The position numbers were made by a program, and so were the translations under genes. DNA of 50,301 bases from positions 1 through 50,301 of the forward strand of contig JAYZQJ010000116.1 in the NCBI GenBank assembly GCA_036149055.1. Reading direction: 5' to 3'. Origin of the DNA: Myxococcota bacterium (GTDB lineage Bacteria > Myxococcota_A > Polyangia > Polyangiales > Sandaracinaceae). This document shows positions 36,846-46,895 of the stretch, one piece after another. The first letter of the stretch is position 1; each line of letters opens with the position of its first letter. The notes beneath the pieces are model-generated. The model was not told the DNA's origin and searched no databases. It saw nothing but the letters and a program-made list of their open reading frames with translations.

Positions 36846-37886
36846 GTGGACCTTCGACCCCTCGGCGCGGCCGACGCGGAGGCGCTGGCGACGCTGGCCT
36901 CCCAGCCGGACGTCGTCCGCATCGGCGACCACCTCGGGACGGAGCGCGCGAGCGAGTGGGAGGCGTGGATCGGGCCGCCCGACCGCGACGGCCCGGTGCT
37001 CCTCGGCGCCTTCGACGAAGGCGCGCTGGTCGCGGCCGCCCGGATCGTCCCTCGCACGCGGCGGCGCATGGTCCACACCGCCAAGCTCACGATCGTCGCG
37101 AGCGAGAAGCGGAGGGCCGATCGCGCGGTCGGCGCGCTCCTCTCCTCGCTGATCGACACCGCCGATCGCTGGCTGCAGATCGTGCGGCTGGACCTCGCCG
37201 CGCCGGCCGGGCACCGCCGGCTGAAGCTCTACGAACGGCACGGCTTCGCGCTCGAGACGGTGCAGCGCGGCGCGGTGCTGAACGACGGCGAGTACATCGA
37301 CGAGGCGACGCTCGCGCGCATCCGTCCGGGGACCGAGCCCTACGCCCCGCCGCCCTCGAACCTCGAGCTGCCGCTGCCGGGCAAGGGCCCGCGCATCAGA
37401 GCGAAGGTGCGGCTCGCGCGCGAGGAGGACGGCCCGGCGGTGGGCGCCTTCATGGGCGAGACCACGGTGGTCTGGGGCACGATGCAGATCCCCGTGCAGC
37501 CGCCCGGGCTCTGGAGCGGCCGGTTCGCGACCAACCCCCCCGAGCGCTTCTTCAGCTTCGTCGCGGAGCACCGCGGCGAGATCCTCGGGCAGGCCTCGCT
37601 CATCGTGCTCGAGGGGTTCCGCCGCCGGCACGTGGCGTCGATCGGCATGAGCGTCGCCACCCGGGCGCAGGGCCGAGGCGTCGGCGGCGCGCTGATGACG
37701 GCGCTGACCGAGACCGCCGATCGGCTGCGGCTGCACCGCGTGGAGCTCGGCGTGTACGTCGACAACGACCGCGCCATCCGCCTCTACGAGCGCTTCGGCT
37801 TCCGGCGCGAGGGCAAGCAGCGGCTCATGGTCTTCCGCGACGGCGGCTGGGTCGACAACCTCGCGATGGGGCGGGTGCGGTCGTGA
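36846..37886 (+). CDS. Tandem GNAT acetyltransferase
   Basis: Two GNAT domains; second has AQGRGVGGALM, LGVYVDNDRAIRLYERFGF. Confidence 0.9.
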   Translation: MDLRPLGAADAEALATLASQPDVVRIGDHLGTERASEWEAWIGPPDRDGPVLLGAFDEGALVAAARIVPRTRRRMVHTAKLTIVASEKRRADRAVGALLSSLIDTADRWLQIVRLDLAAPAGHRRLKLYERHGFALETVQRGAVLNDGEYIDEATLARIRPGTEPYAPPPSNLELPLPGKGPRIRAKVRLAREEDGPAVGAFMGETTVVWGTMQIPVQPPGLWSGRFATNPPERFFSFVAEHRGEILGQASLIVLEGFRRRHVASIGMSVATRAQGRGVGGALMTALTETADRLRLHRVELGVYVDNDRAIRLYERFGFRREGKQRLMVFRDGGWVDNLAMGRVRS

Positions 37887-39055
37887 GGGAGCACTGGACG
37901 CTCGACCCCGAGATCGTCTTCCTCAACCACGGCTCGTTCGGCGCGTGCCCGCGGGAGGTGCTCGCGCACCAGAGCGAGCTGCGGGCGCGCATGGAGCGGG
38001 AGCCGGTGTGCTTCTTCGTGCATCAGCTCGAGCCGCTGTGGAACGAGGCCCGCGAGCGGGTGGCGGCGTTCGTGGGCGCGCGACCCGAGGACATGGGCTT
38101 CGTGCGCAACGCCACCTCCGGGGTGAACGCGGTGCTGCGCTCGCTCCGCTTCGAGCCGGGCGATCAGCTCCTCTGCACCGACCACGGCTACAACGCCTGC
38201 AAGAACGTGCTCGACTTCGTCGCCGCGCGCTGGGGCGCCGAGGTGGTGGTGGCGAAGCTGCCGTGGCCGGTGCCCGCGCCGGAGGCGATCACCCGCGCGA
38301 TCGAGGGCGCGGTGACCCCGCGGACCCGCCTCGCGCTGATCGATCACGTCACCAGCCCGACCGGGCTCGTCCTGCCCATCGCCGAGATCGTGCGGGCGCT
38401 CGACGCGCGCGGGGTGGACGTCCTGGTGGACGGCGCGCACGCCCCCGGCATGCTCCCGCTCGACGTCGAGGCGATCGGCGCCGCCTGGTACACGGCGAAC
38501 TTCCACAAGTGGACCTGCGCGCCCAAGGGCGCCGCCATGCTCTGGGCGCGGGCGGACCGGCAGGCCGAGCTCCACCCCGCCGTCATCAGCCACGGCTTCA
38601 ACTCGGGCCGGCCGCGCAAGCGCCTCCTCGAGGAGCTCGACTGGACCGGGACCGACGATCCGACGCCCGCGCTCTGCGTGCCGAAGGCGATCGACGTCGT
38701 CGGCCGGATCGGCGGCGGCTGGGACGCGATCCGCGCCCGGAACCGGTCGCTCGCGCTCCGGGGCCGCGACCTCCTCGCGGAGGCGCTCGCGGTGGAGCCC
38801 CCGGCGCCCGACGAGATGATCGGCGCCCTCGCCGCGCTGCCCCTCCCCGACGGAGACGGCGCGCCCCCGAGCTCCGCCCTCTACGCCGACCCGCTGCAGG
38901 TCGCGCTCTTCGAGCGGCACCGCGTCGAGGTCCCCATCCCGCCCTGGCCGCGCCCCCCGCATCGGCTCGTCCGGATCTCGGCCTTCCTGCACAACGACGA
39001 GGCCGACTACCACGCCCTCGCCACCGCGCTGCGGAAGGAGCTGAGCGGGGGATAG
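37883..39055 (+). CDS. Class V PLP aminotransferase (isopenicillin-N epimerase / EgtE-like)
   Basis: FLNHGSFGACP, NATSGVN, DHVTSPTG, VDGAHAPG and NFHKW (PLP-binding Lys) motifs. Confidence 0.92.
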   Translation: MREHWTLDPEIVFLNHGSFGACPREVLAHQSELRARMEREPVCFFVHQLEPLWNEARERVAAFVGARPEDMGFVRNATSGVNAVLRSLRFEPGDQLLCTDHGYNACKNVLDFVAARWGAEVVVAKLPWPVPAPEAITRAIEGAVTPRTRLALIDHVTSPTGLVLPIAEIVRALDARGVDVLVDGAHAPGMLPLDVEAIGAAWYTANFHKWTCAPKGAAMLWARADRQAELHPAVISHGFNSGRPRKRLLEELDWTGTDDPTPALCVPKAIDVVGRIGGGWDAIRARNRSLALRGRDLLAEALAVEPPAPDEMIGALAALPLPDGDGAPPSSALYADPLQVALFERHRVEVPIPPWPRPPHRLVRISAFLHNDEADYHALATALRKELSGG

Positions 39056-39115
39056 CGCCACAGGGACCTTCTGCTACGGTCGGCGCTTCGTCCTTTGAAC
39101 GCCGTAGAGGTCCAG

Positions 39116-40771
39116 ATGTCCCGCAGTACCCTCGCGCTCGTCGCGCTCCTCGCCGCCGGTTGCTCCGTCGGCAACCCCGTCATCCCCTCGCCCGACGGAG
39201 GCGGCCGCGACGCGACGACCAGCTTCTGCCCGGACGCGGACGGCGACACCATCTGCGACGCCGACGAGGGCGCCGGCGACGCCGACGGGGACGGGATCCC
39301 GAACGCGATGGACGAGGACTCGGACGGCGACGGCGTGCCCGACCGCGTCGAGGCGGGCGACGACGACCCGCGCACGCCGCCCCCGGACTCCGACGGCGAC
39401 GGCGTGCCGGACCACCTCGACGAGGACTGGCCGAGCTTCCCCGACGCGGGCGTCGACTCCGGCGTCGACTCCGGCGTCGACTCGGGCGTCGACTCCGGCA
39501 TGATCGTTCCGTCGGTCTGCCCGCCCGAGGCGCGGGTCGACGACGGCTGCGTGGCTGCGGTGCGCGAGGGCGACGCCTCCCTCTGCAACGGCGCCGACGA
39601 CGACTGCGACGGCATGATCGACGAGGGCTGCGCCTGCACGCCCGGCTCGGTGCAGCGCTGCTTCGCGGGGCCGCCCGGCCGGCGCGACGTGGGCGCGTGC
39701 ACCGACGGAACGCAGACCTGCAGCGAGTTCGGCTGGGGTCCCTGCGAGGGCGGCATCGCCCCCGGCGCGGAGGTCTGCGACGACCTCGACAACGACTGCA
39801 ACGGCTGCTCGGACGAGGTGAGCGGCTGCGTGCCGGTCGGCTCCTGCCCCGCCCCGGGCGACCCGCGCGTCCCCGACGCGACGCCCTTCTCCACCTACCG
39901 CCTCGACGGCGAGATGTTCTACTCCGGCAGCGACGCGGTGTCGTGGCGCTGGGAGGTCGAGGGCACGCCCTGCGACCGCATGTTCCGGGGCATCCCCGGC
40001 TCGTCCGCCACCAGCGACAACGGTCAGCTCAGCTACCGGCTCCGCAACGGCTCGTCCCGCAACGCGACGCTCGAGACGACGCTCAGCGGCGACTACACGG
40101 TCACCCTCACCGTCACCCGCAGCGACGGCACCGAGTTCACCTGCACCTGGATCGTGCACGTGCGCGCGCCCGGCCTCCGGGTCGAGCTCTGCTGGGACCA
40201 GACCGGGCCCACCTCCAGCGGCGACACCGTCGACCTCGACCTGCACCTCGGCCGTCAGGGCCGGACCGGCATGTGGTTCGACGACCAGGACTGCCACTAC
40301 GCGAACTGCGACAGCCTCGGCGGCGGGTTCGGCGGCGGCCCCGACTGGGGCTACCCCGACACCCCCGGCTGCGCGATGCCGCCCGGCTCGTTCGGCAGCT
40401 GCATCAACCCGCGCCTCGACATCGACAACATCTCGGAGACGAGCTCCTACGTTCCCGAGAACATCAACGTCGACAACCCCGGCGAGGGCGACGCCTTCCG
40501 GGTGATGGTCAACTACTACAGCGGCTCGCGCGCCACCTACCCGCTCGTCAACGTCTACTGCGGCGGTGAGATCGCGGCGACGTTCGGCGCGGCCCCCGAC
40601 CAGGTCGCCGGCTTCATGAGCAGCGCGGTCGGCGAGGACGGCCTGATGTGGCGGGTGGCCGACGTGGTCACCCGGGTCAGCGGCGGCGCGACCACCTGCG
40701 ACATCACCCCGCTCTTCCCGGCCGGCGCGATGACCGGCCACGACCTGCGGACCGGCGACACCGCCTATTGA
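39116..40771 (+). CDS. Cys-rich lipoprotein with DxDxDG Ca-binding repeats and MopE-like (CNGxDDDCDG) repeats
   Basis: Lipobox AAGC; D(A/S)DGDG repeats; [14 protein letters not shown] and [11 protein letters not shown]-terminal DLDLH...PRLDID...PENIN domain. Confidence 0.85.
   Translation: MSRSTLALVALLAAGCSVGNPVIPSPDGGGRDATTSFCPDADGDTICDADEGAGDADGDGIPNAMDEDSDGDGVPDRVEAGDDDPRTPPPDSDGDGVPDHLDEDWPSFPDAGVDSGVDSGVDSGVDSGMIVPSVCPPEARVDDGCVAAVREGDASLCNGADDDCDGMIDEGCACTPGSVQRCFAGPPGRRDVGACTDGTQTCSEFGWGPCEGGIAPGAEVCDDLDNDCNGCSDEVSGCVPVGSCPAPGDPRVPDATPFSTYRLDGEMFYSGSDAVSWRWEVEGTPCDRMFRGIPGSSATSDNGQLSYRLRNGSSRNATLETTLSGDYTVTLTVTRSDGTEFTCTWIVHVRAPGLRVELCWDQTGPTSSGDTVDLDLHLGRQGRTGMWFDDQDCHYANCDSLGGGFGGGPDWGYPDTPGCAMPPGSFGSCINPRLDIDNISETSSYVPENINVDNPGEGDAFRVMVNYYSGSRATYPLVNVYCGGEIAATFGAAPDQVAGFMSSAVGEDGLMWRVADVVTRVSGGATTCDITPLFPAGAMTGHDLRTGDTAY
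39449..39500 (+). repeat. 12-bp in-frame tandem repeat (GVDS x4)
   Basis: ggcgtcgactc(c/g) repeated four times. Confidence 0.85.
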
Positions 40772-40807
40772 TCGAATGTGGAGCCCGGAGCGCGGGTTGC
40801 ACCGAGC

Positions 40808-41335
40808 ATGGGGATCGCGAGCTGGCTCGCCCGAGGGCGATACACCTTCCACACGAGGCTGCGCCGGGAGGAGGCGGAGGCGCTGCTCCGGGCGCTGCCC
40901 GACGTGCTGCCGCCTCCGTTCGGGATCGAGCGGACGGGGAAGGACATCGGCTTCGAGGACGAGACGCAGACCGGGCCGCGGAACGGCTGGATGCCGACCG
41001 AGATCGAGGGTGGCCGCTGGGCCCTCCGCCCGTGGGGTACCAAGAAGACGGCGCTCCTCCGCGGTCAGCTCGAGGGGCCGCCGGACGAGACCGTCGTCAC
41101 GCTGGATCCGCCGAGCGCCGCTCCCGAGATCCTGGTCGCGATCGGCGGCGGCCTCATCGGGCTCGTCGGCCTGCTGCGAGGGCAGCTCGAGCTGCTCCTC
41201 GCGCTCCTGACGACGCCGCTCGGCGTGCTGCTGCTCCGCGCGCACGCGGGCTGGCAGGTGCGGCGTCTGCTCCCCGCGCTCCGGGCGCACCTCCCCGACG
41301 ACCCGCCGGGGCCGAACGCGGGCCCGTTCCGCTGA
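40808..41335 (+). CDS. Hypothetical membrane protein
   Basis: Two C-terminal TM helices; start either ATG 40808 or GTG 40778. Confidence 0.6.
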   Translation: MGIASWLARGRYTFHTRLRREEAEALLRALPDVLPPPFGIERTGKDIGFEDETQTGPRNGWMPTEIEGGRWALRPWGTKKTALLRGQLEGPPDETVVTLDPPSAAPEILVAIGGGLIGLVGLLRGQLELLLALLTTPLGVLLLRAHAGWQVRRLLPALRAHLPDDPPGPNAGPFR

Positions 41336-41344
41336 CGCCTGCGC

Positions 41345-42832
41345 CTATTCGGCAGGCACGACCGCACGCCAGCGCGCGTGCGCGATCTGGAGGGCGGCCT
41401 CGGCCTCGACGAGGTACTTGCGGGCCTCGGCGGCGTACTGCTCGCGCAGGTTGACCATCAGGAGCTGCGCGTCGCCGAGCTCGAAGCGGGTGCGCTCGGC
41501 GTTGGCGACCGCGACGGCCACCTCGGCCGCCTCGCGCGCGAGCACGAGGCCTTCACGCGCCGCCTCGAGGGCGCTGTGGGCGTCGCGCACGCTCTGCGCG
41601 ATCTGATCCCGGGCGAGCCGGGCCTCCTCGCGGAGCGCGCCGAGATCTGCGCGCTCGCGATCGATCCCACCGCGGGCCTCCCGGAACTGGAGCGGGACCT
41701 CGATGAGCACCGAGCCCTCGACCACCGGCGCCTCGTAGGTGGACTGCTGCCGATCGTTGCCCGCGCCGAGATCGACGCTCGCCTCGAGCTGCACGTCGAT
41801 GCGCGGGGCGAAGCGGTTCTCGGCGTAGTCGACGTAGACCTCCTGGCGGCGCTGGAGCGCCTCGTAGCGCTGGACCGTCGGGTGGCGCGCGCTGGCGAGG
41901 CGCACCGCGCGCTCGAGCGGCATCGGCTGGTCCGCGGGCGCCGGGATGGCGGCGGGGAGCCGCGCCGGCGACGGGACGATCGGGTCGCCGCGCCGGTCGC
42001 GCACGTAGAGCGAGAGCCCGATCGCCGCCTGCTCGAGGGCCCGGCGCGCGGAGACGAGGTCGCGCTGCCGCCCCAGGATCACGCGCCGGTTCTCGAGCGC
42101 CTCGATCGCCGGGTACGCGCCCGCCGCGACCTGCGCCCGGATCTGCGCGTCCCGCGCCTCGGCGAGGGCGAGCAGGTCCGACGCGATCACGTACTTCCGG
42201 CCGGCCGCCGCCCAGTACCAGTAGGCGCTCGCCGCCTCGTAGCCGACGTAGAGCCGGCGCACCTCGAGGTACTGCGCGTAGGCGTCGCGGTAGTGCTCGG
42301 CCGCCCAGAGTCGGCGGCGCCGGTAGTCGATGGGGCCGTCGCGCCAGAGCGGGACCCGGACGCCGGCCCGCAGCTCGCCCGCGTCGAGGGTCTCGTAGTT
42401 GCGGTAGTAGCTGGGGATGCCGGGGTCGCTGGACTCGTCGGCGTCGAAGGGCCGGCCGATGCGCCAGCCGCCGAAGAAGGTCGCGCCCCAGAGCGGCGTC
42501 GGCTGGTAGAGGTTCGCGTAGGCGCGGCCCCACTGGTAGTAGCCGGCCGGCGCCATCCACGCCTGGCCCGACAGCGTGGTGTCGAAGCCGCCCTCGGCCG
42601 CGAAGCGCTCGCCCTCGGCCGACCGAAGCTCCTGCCGGGCCGCCTCGATCGCCGGGTGATGGCGCTCGACCGAAGAGAGGACCTGCCCGAGCGTGAGCGG
42701 CTCGCCGCCGCCCACGTCCACCCGCTGGACCGGGGTCGACGGCGGGAGCGGCACGCGGCCGATCGGGGGGACCTGCGCCGCCGCCGGGAGGGCGAGCAGG
42801 CTCATCGCGAGGCCGGCGATCAGCGCGCGCAT
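41345..42832 (-). CDS. TolC family outer-membrane channel
   Basis: Signal peptide; LGQVLSSVERHHP, EGGFD, VRVPLWRD, IEVPLQFREARG and ERTRFELGD..LLMVNLREQ are OEP patterns. Confidence 0.9.
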   Translation of the reverse strand: MRALIAGLAMSLLALPAAAQVPPIGRVPLPPSTPVQRVDVGGGEPLTLGQVLSSVERHHPAIEAARQELRSAEGERFAAEGGFDTTLSGQAWMAPAGYYQWGRAYANLYQPTPLWGATFFGGWRIGRPFDADESSDPGIPSYYRNYETLDAGELRAGVRVPLWRDGPIDYRRRRLWAAEHYRDAYAQYLEVRRLYVGYEAASAYWYWAAAGRKYVIASDLLALAEARDAQIRAQVAAGAYPAIEALENRRVILGRQRDLVSARRALEQAAIGLSLYVRDRRGDPIVPSPARLPAAIPAPADQPMPLERAVRLASARHPTVQRYEALQRRQEVYVDYAENRFAPRIDVQLEASVDLGAGNDRQQSTYEAPVVEGSVLIEVPLQFREARGGIDRERADLGALREEARLARDQIAQSVRDAHSALEAAREGLVLAREAAEVAVAVANAERTRFELGDAQLLMVNLREQYAAEARKYLVEAEAALQIAHARWRAVVPAE

Positions 42833-44385
42833 CAGTAGCCCCCCGAGGCGCCGTAGCCGCCGCCGCCGCCGTAGTCGTCGGCGCCGTAGTCGTCCCCTCC
42901 GTAGTCGCCGCCGCCCCCGCCGTAGCCGCCGCCGCCGTAGGAGCCGCCGCCGTAGGAGCCGCCCGCCTTGGTGCCGCCGCCGTAGCCGCCGCCTCCGTAG
43001 GAGCCGCCGTAGCCGCCCTCGTCCGCGCCGCCGTAGGCCCCGGCGCCGTGGTAGTCGCCGCCTCCGTAGCCGCCGCCGCCGCTCCCCTGCGCGGTGGTCG
43101 TCGGGGGGATGTTCAGGCTCGGGGGGAAGCCGTTGAGCTGCCGCCAGAGCTCGAAGCCGATGGAGACCTCGCGGAGCAGGACCCAGCCGTTGACCCGGGT
43201 GCCCTGCCGCAGGAAGCGGGTGTCGGGCCAGGGCTCGTCCTCGGAGTCGGGGGTGATGACGACGCGGAAGTTGCCGCGCCCGTCGTCGGTGGAGTCGACG
43301 AACGCGACCCGGCCGCCGAAGGTGCCGACCGCGACCGACGGCCACCCCGCGAACTGCACGGCGGGCCAGCCCTCGAACTGCAGGCGGACCGGCCGGCCGG
43401 GCTCGATGATCGCGGCGTCGTTGCCGTCGACCCAGATCTCCGCCGCCCGGCTCCGCGTGTCGGGCACGAGGATCGCGAGGGTGTCGCCGGCGCTGACCTG
43501 CTCGCCGCCCTGGTTGGCGACGAGCCGGAAGATCGTGCCGTCGCGAGGGGCGAGGACGCGCTGCTGCTCCTGCCGCGCCACCTGCGTCTCGAGGCTCGCG
43601 AGGGTCGCGCGGGCGCCCTGCTCGCCGGCGATCGCCGACTGCAGGGAGGCCTGCGCGGACGCCCGGGCGGACGCCGCGTCGGCGCGGGCGCGCTCGAGGT
43701 CGGCCTGCTTGCCGGAGAGCTCGGACTGGGCCGCCGAGACCCGGGCCCGGGCGGACTCGCGCCCGGTGCTCGCGCGCTGCTCGGCCAGGATCGCGAGCTC
43801 GAGGTCTCGCTGCGACGCGAGGCCCTGCTCCTCGAGCGCTCGCCGCCGCGCGAGGTTCAGCCGCGCGGTCTCGAGGGCGGCGTCGGCCGCCTGCTCGCTC
43901 TGCCGCGCCGCCTCGACCGACTGCTGCGCCACCCGGAGGCGCGCCTCCGCCGCCCGCACCGCCTGCGCCTGAGCGCGCTCGGTCGCCTCGAGCTGCTCCC
44001 GCGCCGCGCTCACGCGCTGGGTGTAGGTCTCGAGCTGGGCCTCCTGCGCGGTCCGGCGCAGCTCGAGGCGCTGCATGAAGCGCGGATCGTTGTCGGAGAT
44101 GTCGACGATCGGATCGCCCTCGCGGACGGTCGATCCCTCCTGCACGTGCCAGCGCACCACCCGGCCGCCGATCGGCGCCTCGACGTTCTGCTGACGCTCG
44201 AGCGGCGTGTAGGCGATGACCCGGCCGGAGCCCTGGACGTTCTGCCGCCAAGGGGCGAGCAGCGCGAAGAGGATGAAGGCGACGAACGCGCCGGCCAGCG
44301 CGAGCGCCACCCGTCGAGCGTGCGTGGGGGGCGGCACGAGGCGCGTCGCCCGGAGGCTCTCGCGGTAGGGTCCTGCGTTGAGCAT
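42832..44385 (-). CDS. HlyD family membrane fusion protein with Gly/Tyr-rich C-terminal tail
   Basis: TM helix + PWRQNVQGSG, APIGGRV..WHVQEGSTVREGD lipoyl-like motif, coiled coil, APRDG, RLQFEGWPAVQFAGWP. Confidence 0.92.
   Translation of the reverse strand: MLNAGPYRESLRATRLVPPPTHARRVALALAGAFVAFILFALLAPWRQNVQGSGRVIAYTPLERQQNVEAPIGGRVVRWHVQEGSTVREGDPIVDISDNDPRFMQRLELRRTAQEAQLETYTQRVSAAREQLEATERAQAQAVRAAEARLRVAQQSVEAARQSEQAADAALETARLNLARRRALEEQGLASQRDLELAILAEQRASTGRESARARVSAAQSELSGKQADLERARADAASARASAQASLQSAIAGEQGARATLASLETQVARQEQQRVLAPRDGTIFRLVANQGGEQVSAGDTLAILVPDTRSRAAEIWVDGNDAAIIEPGRPVRLQFEGWPAVQFAGWPSVAVGTFGGRVAFVDSTDDGRGNFRVVITPDSEDEPWPDTRFLRQGTRVNGWVLLREVSIGFELWRQLNGFPPSLNIPPTTTAQGSGGGGYGGGDYHGAGAYGGADEGGYGGSYGGGGYGGGTKAGGSYGGGSYGGGGYGGGGGDYGGDDYGADDYGGGGGYGASGGY
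42835..43086 (-). repeat. Low-complexity Gly/Tyr coding repeat (84 aa, 14 Tyr)
   Basis: GSGGGGYGGGDY...YGGDDYGADDYGGGGGYGASGGY; repeated ccgtag/ccgccg on the + strand. Confidence 0.9.
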
Positions 44386-46520
44386 CAAGCGATCTCCGTG
44401 AGGCGGCCGTTCTCGAGAAAGAGCTGCCGCGAGCAGCGGTGAGCGACGCGCGGGTCGCGCGACACGATGACGAGCGTCCACGGGGCGTCGCTCTGGAACA
44501 GCACATCGAGCACCCGCGCGGCGGTCTCGTCGTCGAGCCCGTCGAGGGCCCGGTCGACCACCAGCAGCGACGGGCGCCCGGCGAGCGCGCGGGCCAGCGT
44601 GAGGCGCGTCGCCTGGCTCGCGGAGAGCGGGCCTCCGCCGGGGTTGATGGGCGTGTCGAGCCCGTCCGCCAGCGCCGCCACCTCGTCGAGCAGGTCGACC
44701 GCGTCGAGGGCCTCGCGGATGCGCGACACGTCGACGCCGGGGCGGCCGAAGGCGACGTTGTCGGCGATCGTGCCGACGACGACCTCCCCGCCGTGCACGA
44801 GCGCCATCCGGGCGCGGAGCGCGTCGCGGTGCAGGTCGCTGACGTCGACGCCGTCGATGAGGACCCGGCCGCCGTCGGGGCTGCGGAGCCCGGTGATCAC
44901 GTCGAGCAGGGTCGAGGCGCCGGCGCCGCTCGGGCCGCCGAGGATCACCCGGTCGCCGGCCTCGAGCTCGAGGGACACGTCGTCGAGCACCGGCCGGTTG
45001 CCGTAGGCGAAGCTCACGCCGTCGACGACGAGGCGCGTCCCGCGAGCGTCCGGGTTCGGCAGGGCCGCGGTGCGCGCGGGATCCTCGGTCGGGAGATCGA
45101 CGAGCTGGCCGAGCTTGTCGATGGCGGCGAGCAGGTCGTAGCTCGTCTCGAGGTGCTTCCCGAGCTTGGCGAAGCTCGCGACCATCGCGGTCACGATGAG
45201 CTCGGCCGCGACGAGCTGACCGAGGGTGAGCTGCCGCTCGATGACCAGCCAGCCGCCGATCCCGAGCACGCCCGCGCTCGCCACCGCCTGCAGGGTCAGC
45301 GCGCCCACGAGCTGCCGGAAGACGACGCGCCAGTGCTCGCGCCGCGAGGCGAGGTACTTGCTGGCCAGCCGATCGGCGTGCTCGCGCGCGAGGGCGGGCC
45401 CACCGGCGAGCTTGAACGCCACCGGGTGCCGCGCCACCTCCTCGAGCCAGCCGGCGACCTCGTACTTCTTCTTGGACTCGGTCACCGCCGTCTGGGTGGC
45501 GCCGCGCCCGAGCACGAACAGGATGCCGGCCACGAGCACCACCAGCACCAGGTCGAAGGCGAGCAGGACCGGGTGGTAGAAGGCGAGCACCAGCGCGCCG
45601 ACCATCGCGGTGAGCACGATCTCGAGGCCGCCGAGCAGCAGCTGCGACGACGCCTTCTGCACGGTGAAGATGTCGAAGAACCGGTTCAGCAGCTCCGGCC
45701 CGTGGGCGCGGTCGAACGCCTCGAGCTTCACGCGCGGGAGCCGGTGGGACAGGTCGCCGACGAAGCGGAGGAAGAGCCGCCGCTGGAGGATCTCCACCAC
45801 CCAGGCCTGCAGCGCCCGGAGCACCGCCGCGAAGCCGAGGCCGAGCAGCAGGAGGAACGCGAGCACCACGAGCGGCTGGAGCAGGGTGCCGAAGGCGACC
45901 GTGTTGACCAGCGCCTGCACGGCGATGGGCGTGGCCAGCGTGAGCACGCCGACCCCGATCGCGTAGACCAGCACCACCGCGAGGTCGTGGCGCTCGAGCC
46001 GCATGATCGAGCGCAGCCGCTTCATGGGGCTCGGGGGAGTGGGCTGGTCGCCGGGGACCTTGGACGCGTTCAGGATCGCCGGCGGCTCGATCGCGACCCA
46101 GACCATCGAGCCGAGGCTCTCCGGGTCGACCATCGCCGCCACCTGACCGCGCCCGAGCCAGCGCCGCTCGGTGCCCTCGGCGGTCTCGATCTGGAGCTTC
46201 CGGCCGAGCCGGTCGGTGAGCAGCACCCAGTCCGTGTCACCCTCGCCGACCACGACCACGGGGTGCTCCGGCCCGACCGCGGAGGCCGCGTCCGCGACCG
46301 TGCCGCGCATGATGACGCCGCGCAGCCCGAGCTCGTCGAGCCCGGCCACGATCGCCTCCGCGAGGTCCACGCACTGCGGCCGGGTGCTCCGGGCCGCCGC
46401 GCGCACGTCATCGAGCTCCGGCTGCCCGCCGGTCGCGAACACGAGGCGCGCGAGCAGGTCCTCGAAGTGACCGCTGGGCGCGGGGGGGACGACGCCCCCG
46501 TCCATCGTCGCAGCCGTCAC
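44385..46520 (-). CDS. T1SS-type ABC transporter (C39-like N-domain + TMD + degenerate NBD)
   Basis: TMD with LATPIAVQALVN and LTLGQLVAAEL. NBD has GPSGAGAST, LSASQ, VVDRALDGLD and VSRD in place of the canonical motifs. Confidence 0.88.
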   Translation of the reverse strand: MTAATMDGGVVPPAPSGHFEDLLARLVFATGGQPELDDVRAAARSTRPQCVDLAEAIVAGLDELGLRGVIMRGTVADAASAVGPEHPVVVVGEGDTDWVLLTDRLGRKLQIETAEGTERRWLGRGQVAAMVDPESLGSMVWVAIEPPAILNASKVPGDQPTPPSPMKRLRSIMRLERHDLAVVLVYAIGVGVLTLATPIAVQALVNTVAFGTLLQPLVVLAFLLLLGLGFAAVLRALQAWVVEILQRRLFLRFVGDLSHRLPRVKLEAFDRAHGPELLNRFFDIFTVQKASSQLLLGGLEIVLTAMVGALVLAFYHPVLLAFDLVLVVLVAGILFVLGRGATQTAVTESKKKYEVAGWLEEVARHPVAFKLAGGPALAREHADRLASKYLASRREHWRVVFRQLVGALTLQAVASAGVLGIGGWLVIERQLTLGQLVAAELIVTAMVASFAKLGKHLETSYDLLAAIDKLGQLVDLPTEDPARTAALPNPDARGTRLVVDGVSFAYGNRPVLDDVSLELEAGDRVILGGPSGAGASTLLDVITGLRSPDGGRVLIDGVDVSDLHRDALRARMALVHGGEVVVGTIADNVAFGRPGVDVSRIREALDAVDLLDEVAALADGLDTPINPGGGPLSASQATRLTLARALAGRPSLLVVDRALDGLDDETAARVLDVLFQSDAPWTLVIVSRDPRVAHRCSRQLFLENGRLTEIA

Positions 46521-46819
46521 GACGACCTCCGGAAGAGCGCGTCCATCGCGGTGAGGCGCTCGGCCATCGCGACGGCGCGGCTGACGGTGCGCTCGCGGAG
46601 ACGGTCCGCGTCGAGGTCGCAGAGCTCCGACTCGAGCCGGGCCCCGCCCTCGAGCTCCACCTCGATGTCACAGAAGAGCCGGTTCTCGTCCCGGAACGTC
46701 AGGCGCACGCGACGCACGCCGCGCCCCTGGAGCGTCCGGGCGATCTCTCCTCGGAGCGCCTCCAGCGCCCCGACCGGCTGTCCCCGGCTCCCACTGATCT
46801 CCACTCGCATGGATGACAT
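46517..46819 (-). CDS. Small protein, HPF/RaiA-like fold (putative)
   Basis: VRRVRLTFRDEN...CDIEVEL.GG pattern resembles the HPF/RaiA-family proteins often found divergent from nhaR. GTGA-coupled to the ABC gene; start 46819 or 46810. Confidence 0.55.
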   Translation of the reverse strand: MSSMRVEISGSRGQPVGALEALRGEIARTLQGRGVRRVRLTFRDENRLFCDIEVELEGGARLESELCDLDADRLRERTVSRAVAMAERLTAMDALFRRSS

Positions 46820-46895
46820 TTGGTACCGAGAGACCAGGAGGACCAATCGATAATTCCCAGCCAACCAATAGGCTGACCCTTGGTATGCTCCGGCC

